The notes below the pieces were generated by a model. The model saw nothing but the letters and a program-made list of their open reading frames with translations, had not been told where the DNA came from and ran no database searches. Below, in pieces: positions 7,306 to 17,277 of a DNA stretch of 32,014 nucleotides. The position numbers and the translations under genes were made by a program. This DNA is from a virus (taxonomy: Duplodnaviria > Caudoviricetes): positions 1 through 32,014 of IMG/VR virus record IMGVR_UViG_3300020045_004729; one strand, written 5' to 3'. Each line of letters opens with the position of its first letter. Positions within the stretch are counted from its first letter, which is position 1.

Positions 7306-8184
7306 TTATTCAAATTCGGTTGCAAATTCATCCGCAAATGTTCCGCTCGCTGGAGGTGATGGTGTTTGATTATAAATCAACCAATCGTTTGCATCAAAAT
7401 CATTGCTGTCAAAATCGCCTAAACTAGTGGTAATTGGTTTGTAAATATCGTTATAATCCAGCGATAATTGATAGGTAAAAGTACCAAAATTTTCTTGATT
7501 TACAACTTTTGGGATTTCAGGTGCTTCAAAAATATTTGCACGCACATTTTCAACATATAAATAAGGTACTGTCAAAATATCAGACATTTTAATCAATCCC
7601 GAAATAGGCATTAATTCCGTTTCGTAAACCTCGGTATTGTTTACCTTAATTTCAGCTGTTACGGTTCTTTTGTCTGATTGTTGGTAGTATTGAGTTAATT
7701 CTTTGGTTTGCATTTCTTGTCTAAACCAAGTTGTTAAAGAAATGCTTTCGTAAGAGTCTGTGAATCTTTTTTTATAAGTGAATTGTGTTGTTTTTTCGCT
7801 TTCAATATTTGTTAAACGAAAAGGAGTTGAGTAAAAATCTTCGCCTAATGCTTGAGTTATTTTTAAGTAAACTAAATCCCAGCCAGTATCTAAATCGATA
7901 TTCGTTAAACTCCAATATAATTGTTTGTTTCCGTTAACTGAATCAGTTAAACTGTCAACCATAAAAGAATCAGTAATATCTCCTAGTAATTTTCCGCACA
8001 AAGAGTAAACTAAAACCGTCCAATCTTCCAATTCTATACCGTTTGGCGTATCTGTTTTTTGAACGTAAGGATTTATATTATTTGGCAACAATTGAACACC
8101 AGTAAATAAATACTGGGTATTTCTAGGCGAGTTTTTAAAATACATCGCTTCGTTTAGTGTTCTGAAAAGATTGATTATTGCCAT
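7306..8184 (-). CDS. Tail tip/baseplate protein with acidic-aromatic C-terminal peptides
   Basis: Second gene after tape measure; beta-rich; ends GDFDSNDFDANDW...GTFADEFATEFE. Confidence 0.65.
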   Translation of the reverse strand: MAIINLFRTLNEAMYFKNSPRNTQYLFTGVQLLPNNINPYVQKTDTPNGIELEDWTVLVYSLCGKLLGDITDSFMVDSLTDSVNGNKQLYWSLTNIDLDTGWDLVYLKITQALGEDFYSTPFRLTNIESEKTTQFTYKKRFTDSYESISLTTWFRQEMQTKELTQYYQQSDKRTVTAEIKVNNTEVYETELMPISGLIKMSDILTVPYLYVENVRANIFEAPEIPKVVNQENFGTFTYQLSLDYNDIYKPITTSLGDFDSNDFDANDWLIYNQTPSPPASGTFADEFATEFE

Positions 8185-8188
8185 TGCA

Positions 8189-8196
8189 CAAATATA
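8189..8196 (-). promoter_or_regulatory. -7 element TATATTTG 4 nt upstream of ATG 8184
   Basis: TTATATATTTGTGCAATGGCA in the 22-nt intergenic gap. Confidence 0.55.
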
Positions 8197-8206
8197 ATAA
8201 AAAAAA

Positions 8207-10831
8207 CTACAACAAATCCAGCCAATTTTTTAATTCGGTAATTGACGTAGCGTTTACGCCATTCACACTTATTTTATCCCAAAATACCCCGTTATAAAGC
8301 CTTTGCATTTGATTATCAAACAGAACAATCTTATTACTTTCTTCGGTGTATTTCAATGCTTTAATTCTAGTTTCTTCGTTAATAACAATATCGTTTGCTT
8401 CTTTTCTAATTGTCATAAATGCAGTTTCGTACTTTTCTTGACCAGAAATAGTCAATTCTCTATTCGCATTATTGTAACTCATATTTATTGGATAGACTTT
8501 TAAAACCCGAATGTTATTGTCGATAGTTCTAATAAATCCTCTTTGGGTTCTGATTCGGTATTGCAAAGCTACGAAATCGCTAAATTCAAAATTTGCGAAA
8601 ATCATTTCATTGTACATAAAAGGTGTTACGATTGGATTGTCAGGAATGAAATCTTCTTTTTCAACTGTTGCCAAACCGTTATAACTCATCGAGCATTCTC
8701 CGTTGTTTTTGTAAAAAGTGTTTTTTATCGGTTTTAGTTTGTTGTAAATATTAACTGTTGCTAAAAAGCTGTTCCAATAATTTTGAATATTTCTTTTTAC
8801 TGAATATTTTAAATTACTGTATTTTTCTGGATTCAGTAAATTCAAAACATACAAAAACCCCTCATCGCTTCTGCTTGTTAATTCTGCGTATGTTTTTTTA
8901 ATTTCGTAAATATACGTAGTAGTTCGTATTCCGTCATTACTACTCGAAATAGTTCCTGCGCTGGTTTTTTGTAGTTGCAATTCTGTATTGGTTACTGATG
9001 AAACATTGTAAATCCCTTTATTTTTGTCAGGATGCAATATTTCAAAAGTAGTGTTTGGTTGTATTCCTAAAACGATAAAATTTAAACTTCCGTTGTTTTT
9101 TAGAATCAAAAAAGTACCGTCAAAAGAATGTTGTAATTCTGTATTTTCAGTAAATTTTTGATCGTTGACGGTTTCAATCGTGTCTATACAAAAGATATTA
9201 TCATCATCCTGGGTCGAGGTGTCTTCTGAAACTGTCAAAGCTTTTTCTTGTTGTTGAGAAATAAGCATCGCATCACGTGTCCATTCTACATTAGCTTCTT
9301 TTGAGTTCTCAACTTTTTTATTCAAAGGTGTCCAAATACTTTCTCCGTGAATGGTATCAGCAGAATTTGCGACTTCATTTTCTTTTAACGATTGATAATT
9401 TTTGTACTTAAACTTGAATTCATTCAAACAATATTTTGGATTTGGCGATTTATTCAATTCTGAAAACTGAACATTGTCAAAAAACCAACTTTCAGTTTTT
9501 GTATAGAAATCTTCTTCAATACCTATAAATATACGACCATCTACTTGAGTTTCATCGTCAGCGTAAAGTTCTCCATTTATCGACTTCCAAATATCATCCC
9601 AAGAAACATAAAAAGGCTTATTTGTAATGTTTCTTAATAGATTTCCATTAAGCAAAACGTTATCGTAAAATTCCCCTCCGAAATCATATCTTGGTGCGTA
9701 AATATCTAGTCCTGAAATTGATTTAGCCACTTGACGCATAACGTCTATTAATCGAAAAACAGGAGTTATCGAGTTATAAGATATTGATTCGGCTTCTACA
9801 TTTATTTTAGTGCCTTTTTCTATTTTAGTAAATACTTCGAATTTTGGTGTAGAAAATGGAGCATCACTAGCCGACTGTCTTACTTCGAATTCAAAAAACA
9901 TCCAAACCGATTCAGACCTTAACACGCTGCCGATGTTTATTTCTGGTAAATCTCCCGAAAAAATATAGCTTTGATGTTCTGTTTTATAAGTTTTCAGTAA
10001 ATTATATTCTGTAGAGTTTTGCCATGTCAAGCCTTTGAATATTTTTAAGTTAAAATTCACATATCCATTACCGCCATCATCAACGTCAGTTTCGAATTTT
10101 ATATTCAAATCTTTTATATTGATTTTGACGTTTGAAAGATTGCTACTAGCTAGAAGTATTTTAAAATTACTGTCTGTAAAATTTCTATCCTGAAAGTCAA
10201 GCTTGTTGGTGTCTTCGAAAAAAGTGTAACTGTCTTTTACGTCGCTTTTTACCAAATTAGCCACAGGATTAACTTGATACCAAGTTGTATTCGTCCCTCC
10301 TACTGCGTCAAGATTTCTATCATAATCCAAAACTTGTTCCCAAGTGCTTTTTTGTATCGATGGTTTCGCTTTCAAAAACATATTGATAGGTCGCAAAGGC
10401 GTTATTACATTTCCGTCAATATCAGTATTCGAAAGTAAATCCACTTTTGTTTCTGAACGTCTTTTGAATATTTGCAACGATCCAACCGTAATTGTTTTAA
10501 AGTCGAAATAAGTCAAATCATCGGTTTCGGCTGTTGAAAAATCGATTTCATTCAAATATTCCGTGCCATCTTCTAAAACTATAGATAATTTTACATCGGC
10601 TTCAAATCCGTAAAAATCATTATAGTAAAATATCATCGTCAATATTTTCTCGTGGCGTTGGTCGGTAAATCTAAATTGATTTTCTCCACCGTTCAAAGCA
10701 ATATCCCGACCGTGACCGTTTTCTTTTTGATTCAAATTAAAATCTACATCACCGTATCCGATAGGTTCGTTAATGTAGATTTTTTTACCCGGTTGCTCTG
10801 AAAAAATCAGATAAAATTTTTCGTTAGCCAT
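8207..10831 (-). CDS. Large tail tip/baseplate hub protein, 874 aa
   Basis: Immediately after tape measure gene (TAATG overlap); called from size and synteny. Confidence 0.65.
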   Translation of the reverse strand: MANEKFYLIFSEQPGKKIYINEPIGYGDVDFNLNQKENGHGRDIALNGGENQFRFTDQRHEKILTMIFYYNDFYGFEADVKLSIVLEDGTEYLNEIDFSTAETDDLTYFDFKTITVGSLQIFKRRSETKVDLLSNTDIDGNVITPLRPINMFLKAKPSIQKSTWEQVLDYDRNLDAVGGTNTTWYQVNPVANLVKSDVKDSYTFFEDTNKLDFQDRNFTDSNFKILLASSNLSNVKINIKDLNIKFETDVDDGGNGYVNFNLKIFKGLTWQNSTEYNLLKTYKTEHQSYIFSGDLPEINIGSVLRSESVWMFFEFEVRQSASDAPFSTPKFEVFTKIEKGTKINVEAESISYNSITPVFRLIDVMRQVAKSISGLDIYAPRYDFGGEFYDNVLLNGNLLRNITNKPFYVSWDDIWKSINGELYADDETQVDGRIFIGIEEDFYTKTESWFFDNVQFSELNKSPNPKYCLNEFKFKYKNYQSLKENEVANSADTIHGESIWTPLNKKVENSKEANVEWTRDAMLISQQQEKALTVSEDTSTQDDDNIFCIDTIETVNDQKFTENTELQHSFDGTFLILKNNGSLNFIVLGIQPNTTFEILHPDKNKGIYNVSSVTNTELQLQKTSAGTISSSNDGIRTTTYIYEIKKTYAELTSRSDEGFLYVLNLLNPEKYSNLKYSVKRNIQNYWNSFLATVNIYNKLKPIKNTFYKNNGECSMSYNGLATVEKEDFIPDNPIVTPFMYNEMIFANFEFSDFVALQYRIRTQRGFIRTIDNNIRVLKVYPINMSYNNANRELTISGQEKYETAFMTIRKEANDIVINEETRIKALKYTEESNKIVLFDNQMQRLYNGVFWDKISVNGVNATSITELKNWLDLL

Positions 10832-13494
10832 TAGAACTTTATGCCTTTTGCGTTTCCACGATTAATATTATTTCTTGTAATGTTTCCTCTTTTTGAAACA
10901 TAACTATCAAAACCTCTTTTGTTCCAGCCGTGGTATTGTTGCGGTTGTTCGGCTATTGTTCGCGTCATAACATCTTCTAAATCACTTTTTGAAAGTCCGT
11001 TATAGTGATTACTTGTTGTTCTGCTCCAATCTATACCGTTACCCTGCAACATTCCGTTTAATTGCTCGTTCCATTGTTCGTGCGTGAAAATCTCTGTTCC
11101 TTTTGGTGCATCCATAATAACGTTTCTGCCCTGTGGCTTGGATATTTTACCATCAGGCGTAACAATAGTTTCTCTAAAATTACTACCCGAACCATCATTT
11201 ACCATCATCAAACCACCATCGTGAGTTCCTCCCATCCAGTATTGGGGTATTTCCTGTGAAGCTACGGCTACTATTTGAGCAAGTCCAATTCCAGCGATAA
11301 TAGCCGCCCAAGGCATACCAAGAGTAAGTGGGCTTTGTGCTATTGCAGAAACGACAGCCTGTGCGGTATCGATGGCGATATTAAAAATAGTTTGTTTTTG
11401 TTTGGCTTTTGCTTCTCTGAATGAAATTTCTTTTTTCTTCGCTTCCAATTCAAGTGCTAATTTTTCTTCGGCTTCCTTATTTCCATTTGCGAATTTAAAA
11501 GACGCATCGTATTGATTTTGCATTCTTTCTCGTTCATCATCGAAGTTTTTAGCGGATAATCCAGAAATGAAATTAAAAACTTCTTGTGCGCTTTCGGCAA
11601 TTGCGTTAAAAGTTACTCCAAAATTTTCTCCAAATCCTTTAATTTCTCCGTTGAGTAATTTAAAAGTTTCTGTAAATCCAGACTTTGAAATAAAATCAGA
11701 AGTAAAACCTTCAAGATAATTTTTCATTGCGTCAGTAAGCGCATTCAGTTTTTCAATATCTGTATCTTCTACCCGAACACGAATAACCGCATCACTGGAC
11801 GGCATACCGTTTAACTGTTGTTTTAAAAGTTCTAATAAACGTATTTGTTCTACAATAGCAGGTCTATTTATATTATTAGCTACAATTCTATCAATAGCTA
11901 ATCTTTCAAGTTCTTTGTCAAGTTCTTGCATTAAAGTTCCTACTGTGTTTAAATGACTTTCTAGCCCTTCTATTTCGTCCCTTTGCTCTTTTTTTACACG
12001 TTGTTTCTTTTCTTTTACTTTTTTATCAGATACTAAAGTTTCTTCAATCGCATTCCCGTCAGCTACTTTTTTTATAAAAAAAGCATCGTCTTTTGCCCAT
12101 TGTTCACGAAGTCTTTGAGTTTCTCTGCGTTCAAATTGAATTCTATCGGCTATTTCTTTTTGAACTTCTGCTTTTGTTTTTCCTAAAGAAGAACCTGCTG
12201 GCGTACCTCCGACCGCTCCTTTTGCTCTAGCATTGGCATAGTCTTTATAAAGCTCATTAATTCTAACCAAACTATCCTGCTCAATTTCCAAACGCTCTTT
12301 TTCCCTTTCCTGCAAAATACCTTCTGCTGCCCTTGCTTTGGCAGTTGTCAAAATAGCGGCACTTAATAAATCATATTGTACTTTGGCGTCCCCTGCCATA
12401 ATAGCTTCGTCGGAAAGATTTTTAAAGTAGAACGGATATTGCTCTTGCAAATCGTCAACTGCTCTTTTTCGGTCTTTGTACGAATTATTTAAGTCAGTAG
12501 CTGTTTTATAAAGAACGTCAATATTTACTTTTTCTTCTGCGTATTTTCCTGAACTTTCGTTAAGTGCTTCATTAAGTTGTTTTTGATTTTCAGCTAATGT
12601 TTTAGTTCCAGAAGATGCTTTTGACAAGCTACTTATCCAACTAATTATTTTTCCACCGTATAAAGTCAACAAAGTAACCCCGACACTCAATGCTGTTTGC
12701 CAACTAAAAATACCACCTACTAATTCCTTGAAAAGCGATTTGGTAGGTTGACCGTCTTTAATTAATTGCTTGTTTTTTTCACGAATTCCATTAATAGCGT
12801 CAAACAAAGCAGGAAAGTTGTTTGACAATGCCATAAAACCAGTATTCACACTATTTGCAAACGCTGGTGCTTCACGTGTTAATTGATTTATTGAGTTTCC
12901 AAGTGCGTTGTAACCACTTGCATAGTTACCTACGTTTCTTTGGTTTTTTCCAATTGTTGAATCTACTTTTAAAAGTGCCGACTGGTATTGATTGATACGT
13001 GCAGACAAAGAAGTCAATTGTTTTTCTTCTTTTGCCGTCAAAGTATTTCCTAACTCTTTTCGTATAGCTAAATCATTGTAAGTTTTTGTTAAAACATTTA
13101 TGCTATTTTGAATTCTTTGATAAGCACCCTCGTTTTTTGCGTTTATAGCATTTTCTTTTTGTGCATTTTTATCAAATGAATCAAATGCTTTCTCTCTAGC
13201 CTGTTGCAAACGAATTTCAGCCAAACGAGATTGTTCTGCTTTTTTTCCAATTGTTTCAGATAGTGAATTGTATTTTGATTGTAGTTTTTCTAAATCAGCT
13301 ATAGCTTTTGCGTTTGAATTTGTGGAATTATTCAAGCCTGCTGGAGTAGAAATACCCGCTATATTTTTACTAGCCAATAAAGCAGACTGCGAAACTTTGA
13401 TTAGTTCCGAGTCTGCAATATTTAATTGAGCTACAAGTTTTTCAACTTGTTTAATCGCTTCCGAACCTATAACAGCATTTACTTCATTTGCCAT
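10831..13494 (-). CDS. Tail tape measure protein, 887 aa
   Basis: Long Ala/Lys/Glu/Gln helical protein, RNVGNY motif, two hydrophobic blocks, position after tail tube and chaperone. Confidence 0.9.
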   Translation of the reverse strand: MANEVNAVIGSEAIKQVEKLVAQLNIADSELIKVSQSALLASKNIAGISTPAGLNNSTNSNAKAIADLEKLQSKYNSLSETIGKKAEQSRLAEIRLQQAREKAFDSFDKNAQKENAINAKNEGAYQRIQNSINVLTKTYNDLAIRKELGNTLTAKEEKQLTSLSARINQYQSALLKVDSTIGKNQRNVGNYASGYNALGNSINQLTREAPAFANSVNTGFMALSNNFPALFDAINGIREKNKQLIKDGQPTKSLFKELVGGIFSWQTALSVGVTLLTLYGGKIISWISSLSKASSGTKTLAENQKQLNEALNESSGKYAEEKVNIDVLYKTATDLNNSYKDRKRAVDDLQEQYPFYFKNLSDEAIMAGDAKVQYDLLSAAILTTAKARAAEGILQEREKERLEIEQDSLVRINELYKDYANARAKGAVGGTPAGSSLGKTKAEVQKEIADRIQFERRETQRLREQWAKDDAFFIKKVADGNAIEETLVSDKKVKEKKQRVKKEQRDEIEGLESHLNTVGTLMQELDKELERLAIDRIVANNINRPAIVEQIRLLELLKQQLNGMPSSDAVIRVRVEDTDIEKLNALTDAMKNYLEGFTSDFISKSGFTETFKLLNGEIKGFGENFGVTFNAIAESAQEVFNFISGLSAKNFDDERERMQNQYDASFKFANGNKEAEEKLALELEAKKKEISFREAKAKQKQTIFNIAIDTAQAVVSAIAQSPLTLGMPWAAIIAGIGLAQIVAVASQEIPQYWMGGTHDGGLMMVNDGSGSNFRETIVTPDGKISKPQGRNVIMDAPKGTEIFTHEQWNEQLNGMLQGNGIDWSRTTSNHYNGLSKSDLEDVMTRTIAEQPQQYHGWNKRGFDSYVSKRGNITRNNINRGNAKGIKF

Positions 13495-13497
13495 AAT

Positions 13498-14139
13498 TTA
13501 GTTTTGTTTAGATTTTTCTTGTAATAATTTACAAATCTCTATCCATTCAGAAAGAGTAATTTCTTTTGGATTTAATCGATACGGATACTGAAGACCTAAT
13601 GTAGCTATCTGTAATTGCTTTTGAAGAGAGTGAGATTCTTTTTTACCATCTTCTTGTAATTCATCGGACAGCATCGCTATTTGTGTCTTAATTCCTTGTA
13701 GTGATTTCCTGAATTCAACAATCAATAAACCATCATCGACAACACTGTTTAATTCAGGGAATTTAAACCCCCATTTTTTTAATTCTTGAATGAACGACAA
13801 TCTAACATCCATTTGATCGTTTGAAAAACCGAGCCACATTCTATTTAGCAAAGAATCTACAACAATGTATTTCGTGCGTAAAAAATCAATCTTCGCCCAC
13901 TTTTGTATTTTCAAATAAAACGAACGATCGTCGATAGCTTTAAAATACTGTTCAATTAAAGAATCTTCGATTTCTTTCAGTCCTTCTATTTTCTTTTGCC
14001 TACCATCGTAATCAACCAAAAACCAATTATTGTCTTTTGTTTGACAATATTTGTCCCATCGATAAAGAGTTAATTCCTCGATTGAATCATAATGATTTGG
14101 TAGCGTGGATACTTTTTTCATAAATATTTTTTTATCCAA
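13498..14139 (-). CDS. Probable tail assembly chaperone (start may be 14121, MKKVSTLP)
   Basis: Directly upstream of tape measure; helical; ATGA overlap if the start is 14121. Confidence 0.55.
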   Translation of the reverse strand: MDKKIFMKKVSTLPNHYDSIEELTLYRWDKYCQTKDNNWFLVDYDGRQKKIEGLKEIEDSLIEQYFKAIDDRSFYLKIQKWAKIDFLRTKYIVVDSLLNRMWLGFSNDQMDVRLSFIQELKKWGFKFPELNSVVDDGLLIVEFRKSLQGIKTQIAMLSDELQEDGKKESHSLQKQLQIATLGLQYPYRLNPKEITLSEWIEICKLLQEKSKQN

Positions 14140-14579
14140 GTTAAAAGTTCAGGTAATATTATTTCGTAATTCAATCTGTAATTATTTTCGGCATTCAATC
14201 CGTATAAATTCGTATATCCAGCAAAGAAAAGGTTCTTTTTTCCGCTCCCTGTCCCTGTAGAAAAAATATCAAATTTTACTAAATTAGGCTGTACATTTAT
14301 TTGTAAACCATTTAGAAAATTACCAGTTTCAAAGAAATTATACAAACTTCCTGCTGTTTTTCTGTTATCTAATAATTGCGTGCTTAAAGAATAAACACCA
14401 TCAAATAACGGATTGCTATTTTTCAATAATTTATCATCACTTCCTTGACCTGATTCAAATTGCGCAACATTCAAAGCGATAATTTTATTCTCGTTTTTGT
14501 AAATAATCCGTTCCTGCTCGTCTAGCATATTAGCCAAAACATAGTTACAAGCGTTTATTTTATCTTTGATAGTTGTCAT
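14118..14579 (-). CDS. Probable neck/tail-completion protein
   Basis: NFFETGNFLNGL resembles the (D/E)TG-x-(L/F) motif of HK97 gp10-like morphogenesis proteins; synteny. Confidence 0.5.
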   Translation of the reverse strand: MTTIKDKINACNYVLANMLDEQERIIYKNENKIIALNVAQFESGQGSDDKLLKNSNPLFDGVYSLSTQLLDNRKTAGSLYNFFETGNFLNGLQINVQPNLVKFDIFSTGTGSGKKNLFFAGYTNLYGLNAENNYRLNYEIILPELLTWIKKYL

Positions 14580-14752
14580 TTACAAATATCTAATATTTCT
14601 TTAAAAATTTGGTCAATGCTTTTTTCTTCTTCATTAACTATTTTATGAAATATTATTTTATTTTTTACGATTTCTATAGCCTCTGAATCTGTTTTTGCAT
14701 CAACAGCTATAACCATTTTTTTATTTCCTATTTCAAAATAAACTTTTTTCAT
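14576..14752 (-). CDS. Small hypothetical protein, 58 aa (MKKVYFEIGNKKMVIAVDAKTDSEAIEIV...LDICK)
   Basis: Hand translation; own promoter upstream; ATGA overlap with 14579. Confidence 0.7.
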   Translation of the reverse strand: MKKVYFEIGNKKMVIAVDAKTDSEAIEIVKNKIIFHKIVNEEEKSIDQIFKEILDICK

Positions 14753-14769
14753 AACTATTTCTTTTTACA

Positions 14770-14777
14770 CAAATATA
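14770..14777 (-). promoter_or_regulatory. -7 element TATATTTG
   Basis: Exact match directly after the terminator U-tract, 17 nt before ATG 14752. Confidence 0.65.
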
Positions 14778-14778
14778 C

Positions 14779-14810
14779 AAAAAAAGCCATCACAAATAAG
14801 TAATGGCTTT
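14779..14810 (-). terminator. Intrinsic terminator after major tail gene
   Basis: AAAGCCAUUAC-UUAUUU-GUGAUGGCUUU followed by UUUU. Confidence 0.8.
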
Positions 14811-14832
14811 AATATCTAATTCAAATCTAATA

Positions 14833-15729
14833 TTAAGTAACAATAACACTTGCTGTGTTTGATTTGTAAAGCACATCTAAAGTTGTTAAAATCGTTCCGT
14901 TTAAAGAAACTTCTACAACGTCTGTAGCTACTAGCGTAGGAACTGTAAGGGTATATTTCTTCGTGGTAGAGCTGTAAACAGCTACTGTTGGATTATTTGC
15001 AACACCATTTTTTGTCACTTTAAAATCTCCAAATAACAACCCCTCTACAGGATGTGATTTGTCCAACAAAAACGCACTTGCAACAATTGAAGTCCCTGCT
15101 ACAATCGGGTTTGGAGTTACCGAAACTTCGTTTACACCTGTTAATTCGTCTGGATAAAAGTCTAATTCACTAGTCGTGTAATAACCTATGTTTTCGTCAA
15201 ATTCAGGTCTTTTTATCATTTGAAACGTTACCATTTGCGAGTTACTATCTGTTCCGTTTGCAAATCCATATTTTCCGTTTTGAAACATACCTAAAGTGAA
15301 ACCTTTAGGAACTCCGTCTTTTGCAATAGTCACAATCATTGATCCATTAATATCAAAAAGAACTATGTCATAATTCTCATATCCTGATATAGATTCCAAT
15401 GCTCTGTTAAACTGAATTCCATTATCAAAAGTTGCTGTTTTTTTATACGGATTTTTACCAGCTAAAACCTCTATTCCAGAACCTTCTCGAGTAATGATGT
15501 TGTCATCTGCCGTAGCGTCTGCAAAAGAAACTATTCCTTGCAACATTATTAATGTTCCGTTTTGTTGCAAAGTTCTCATATAGTCTTTTGTAGGGTCTTG
15601 CGCAAACTTAAATCCTTTTGTCAGCAATCCTACAGCTATAACCCTGTTTATGTCAAACTTACACCCTGCTAATCCTGTTCCTAGAACACCTGAAGCACCG
15701 CAATTTACTTTGTTTAATAATTCAAACAT
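14833..15729 (-). CDS. Major tail (tube) protein with C-terminal Ig-like domain
   Basis: 298 aa, Gly/Thr/Val-rich, followed by a terminator; Thr/Val-rich beta C-terminus; synteny. Confidence 0.75.
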   Translation of the reverse strand: MFELLNKVNCGASGVLGTGLAGCKFDINRVIAVGLLTKGFKFAQDPTKDYMRTLQQNGTLIMLQGIVSFADATADDNIITREGSGIEVLAGKNPYKKTATFDNGIQFNRALESISGYENYDIVLFDINGSMIVTIAKDGVPKGFTLGMFQNGKYGFANGTDSNSQMVTFQMIKRPEFDENIGYYTTSELDFYPDELTGVNEVSVTPNPIVAGTSIVASAFLLDKSHPVEGLLFGDFKVTKNGVANNPTVAVYSSTTKKYTLTVPTLVATDVVEVSLNGTILTTLDVLYKSNTASVIVT

Positions 15730-15890
15730 TATATAAATTTATTAGAGATTAATTTTTCTTTGATTTCGCCTTCTTCCAGCAATATTACATTGCCTGGCTT
15801 ATAAAGTTTGTCAAGAGTAAACTCTTTTTTAACTTTGTATTGGTTTTTTTCTACCTTTTTTAAAGGTTCTTGTTTTTTTTCTTCTGCCAT
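15729..15890 (-). CDS. Small Lys/Glu-rich protein, 53 aa
   Basis: Hand translation MAEEKKQEPLKKVEKNQYKVKKEFTLDKLYKPGNVILL...KFI; TAATG overlap with tail tube gene. Confidence 0.7.
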   Translation of the reverse strand: MAEEKKQEPLKKVEKNQYKVKKEFTLDKLYKPGNVILLEEGEIKEKLISNKFI

Positions 15891-15891
15891 T

Positions 15892-16407
15892 TTAATTGAA
15901 TTTAATGGTGTTAATACATTGCGCTGTTCCGTCTGATTTTTCAGTGAATTTCAAAGTAACATCCAAAACTATAACGTTCCAAAAATCGGTTGCTTTTAAT
16001 AGATTTTCCTCTGTATAATTCGCTTCTCTTCGCTCGTTTTCTACACTCAAAATAGTTGTAACGCCTGAACGTTCCAATGCTTTATAAACATTTTCTAACA
16101 ATGGATTCAAGCAATTTTCAAATTCAGTATCCCAAACTAAAGGATTTCGATTAGTAACGTGTTTACTGTCTTTTGCTAAAATCAATCTACATTTTCTAGT
16201 AAGACCGTGATTCACTCTATCAGGACTTTGATCTCCGCTTACCAACCAAATTAAAGGGTATTTGTTATCCGCAATCTGTTTTAGATACAAAATCAAATCA
16301 GCCTGATCGCCCCATTCGAAACGAATAGAAAATGATTTCTGATTAGAATCCACGTAAGGTGGTAATTGCAAAAAAATATCTTTTAAAATCTTTTCTGAAA
16401 CTATCAT
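15892..16407 (-). CDS. Probable tail terminator / head-tail joining protein
   Basis: KYPLIWL motif; position between adaptor and tail tube. Confidence 0.55.
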   Translation of the reverse strand: MIVSEKILKDIFLQLPPYVDSNQKSFSIRFEWGDQADLILYLKQIADNKYPLIWLVSGDQSPDRVNHGLTRKCRLILAKDSKHVTNRNPLVWDTEFENCLNPLLENVYKALERSGVTTILSVENERREANYTEENLLKATDFWNVIVLDVTLKFTEKSDGTAQCINTIKFN

Positions 16408-17039
16408 AATCCTAGCTGGTTTTTAGCTTCAAAAAAATACCAATCAGACTTTGTGTAATCTTCCGGATGGTCTGATAAAAATTGCATTAGAGAAACTTCG
16501 TTGCTTGGGTTTTCTGCGTAAGAAATAATTCCATCGCAATAACTACCGATATATCTGCGGTAATTACCCTGATACTGCTTCACAAAATCATTCCAACCAG
16601 TTACAATTCTTTGAGTTGGATTAACCAAAACAGCTCCTTTAGGATTTCCTTTTGCATCGCCAACACTTGTCATATAGCTTACTTGTGACTCCAACCAACT
16701 GTGATAAACAAAATCAGCCATCAATGATTGCTTCGAAGTTCCTTTTTCTGAAATTAAACCATTCCAAACTAAATCAACTCCGTTAGCCTGATATATTTTC
16801 CCATTAACTAAATCAATCCATTTTTGAGGAATTCCAGTAGTTATAATCGGAAATAAACCATTTACCAAATAAGAGTTAAATTCAGTGACTTCATCAGGAG
16901 TTAAAAAATAATACATAAATAAACGACACTTCTCGTCAATTAGCCTTTCTAGTTCGGCAAACGCTTTACTATCAGCTTCATCCAAATTTGGAATTTCTCT
17001 TTTAGGTGCTTGAAAATATGTGTCGTTTATTATGTACAT
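16404..17039 (-). CDS. Probable head-tail adaptor
   Basis: Synteny after capsid; helical, 211 aa. Confidence 0.55.
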   Translation of the reverse strand: MYIINDTYFQAPKREIPNLDEADSKAFAELERLIDEKCRLFMYYFLTPDEVTEFNSYLVNGLFPIITTGIPQKWIDLVNGKIYQANGVDLVWNGLISEKGTSKQSLMADFVYHSWLESQVSYMTSVGDAKGNPKGAVLVNPTQRIVTGWNDFVKQYQGNYRRYIGSYCDGIISYAENPSNEVSLMQFLSDHPEDYTKSDWYFFEAKNQLGL

Positions 17040-17046
17040 TTCTTGA

Positions 17047-17265
17047 TTATTTTACAAATTCAGCGATGCCTTGTTTTACCATTGCTTCGGCTTTGATTTT
17101 ATGAGGAGAATACACTTTTCCAGCTTTCTGATAAGTAGTATCTTTCAATAATCTAATTTCTAGTCGATCAGCGTATTTGATAACTGTTTTTGCTTCTGAA
17201 TTTTTAGCTATCATTGCTTTTGCATCAAAGCCTACTCCTTCTACTTTTTTTTCTTCTTTTGCCAT
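17047..17265 (-). CDS. Small head-associated hypothetical protein, 72 aa
   Basis: ORF track; directly after capsid gene. Confidence 0.7.
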   Translation of the reverse strand: MAKEEKKVEGVGFDAKAMIAKNSEAKTVIKYADRLEIRLLKDTTYQKAGKVYSPHKIKAEAMVKQGIAEFVK

Positions 17266-17277
17266 CTTTATTTAAAA

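Noticed and set aside
7290-7337. 16-aa N-terminal extension that would hide the signal peptide
   Set aside because: Overlaps the upstream gene; ATG 7289 has the A-rich start region and matches the two sister genes.
1-8184. Diversity-generating retroelement or invertase-shuffled fibre tips
   Set aside because: No reverse transcriptase, recombinase or template/variable repeat pair seen within the window; sequence left of position 1 is unknown.
13498-14752. Programmed -1 frameshift of tail assembly chaperones
   Set aside because: No overlapping ORF pair with a convincing slippery site identified; A/T runs are ubiquitous here.
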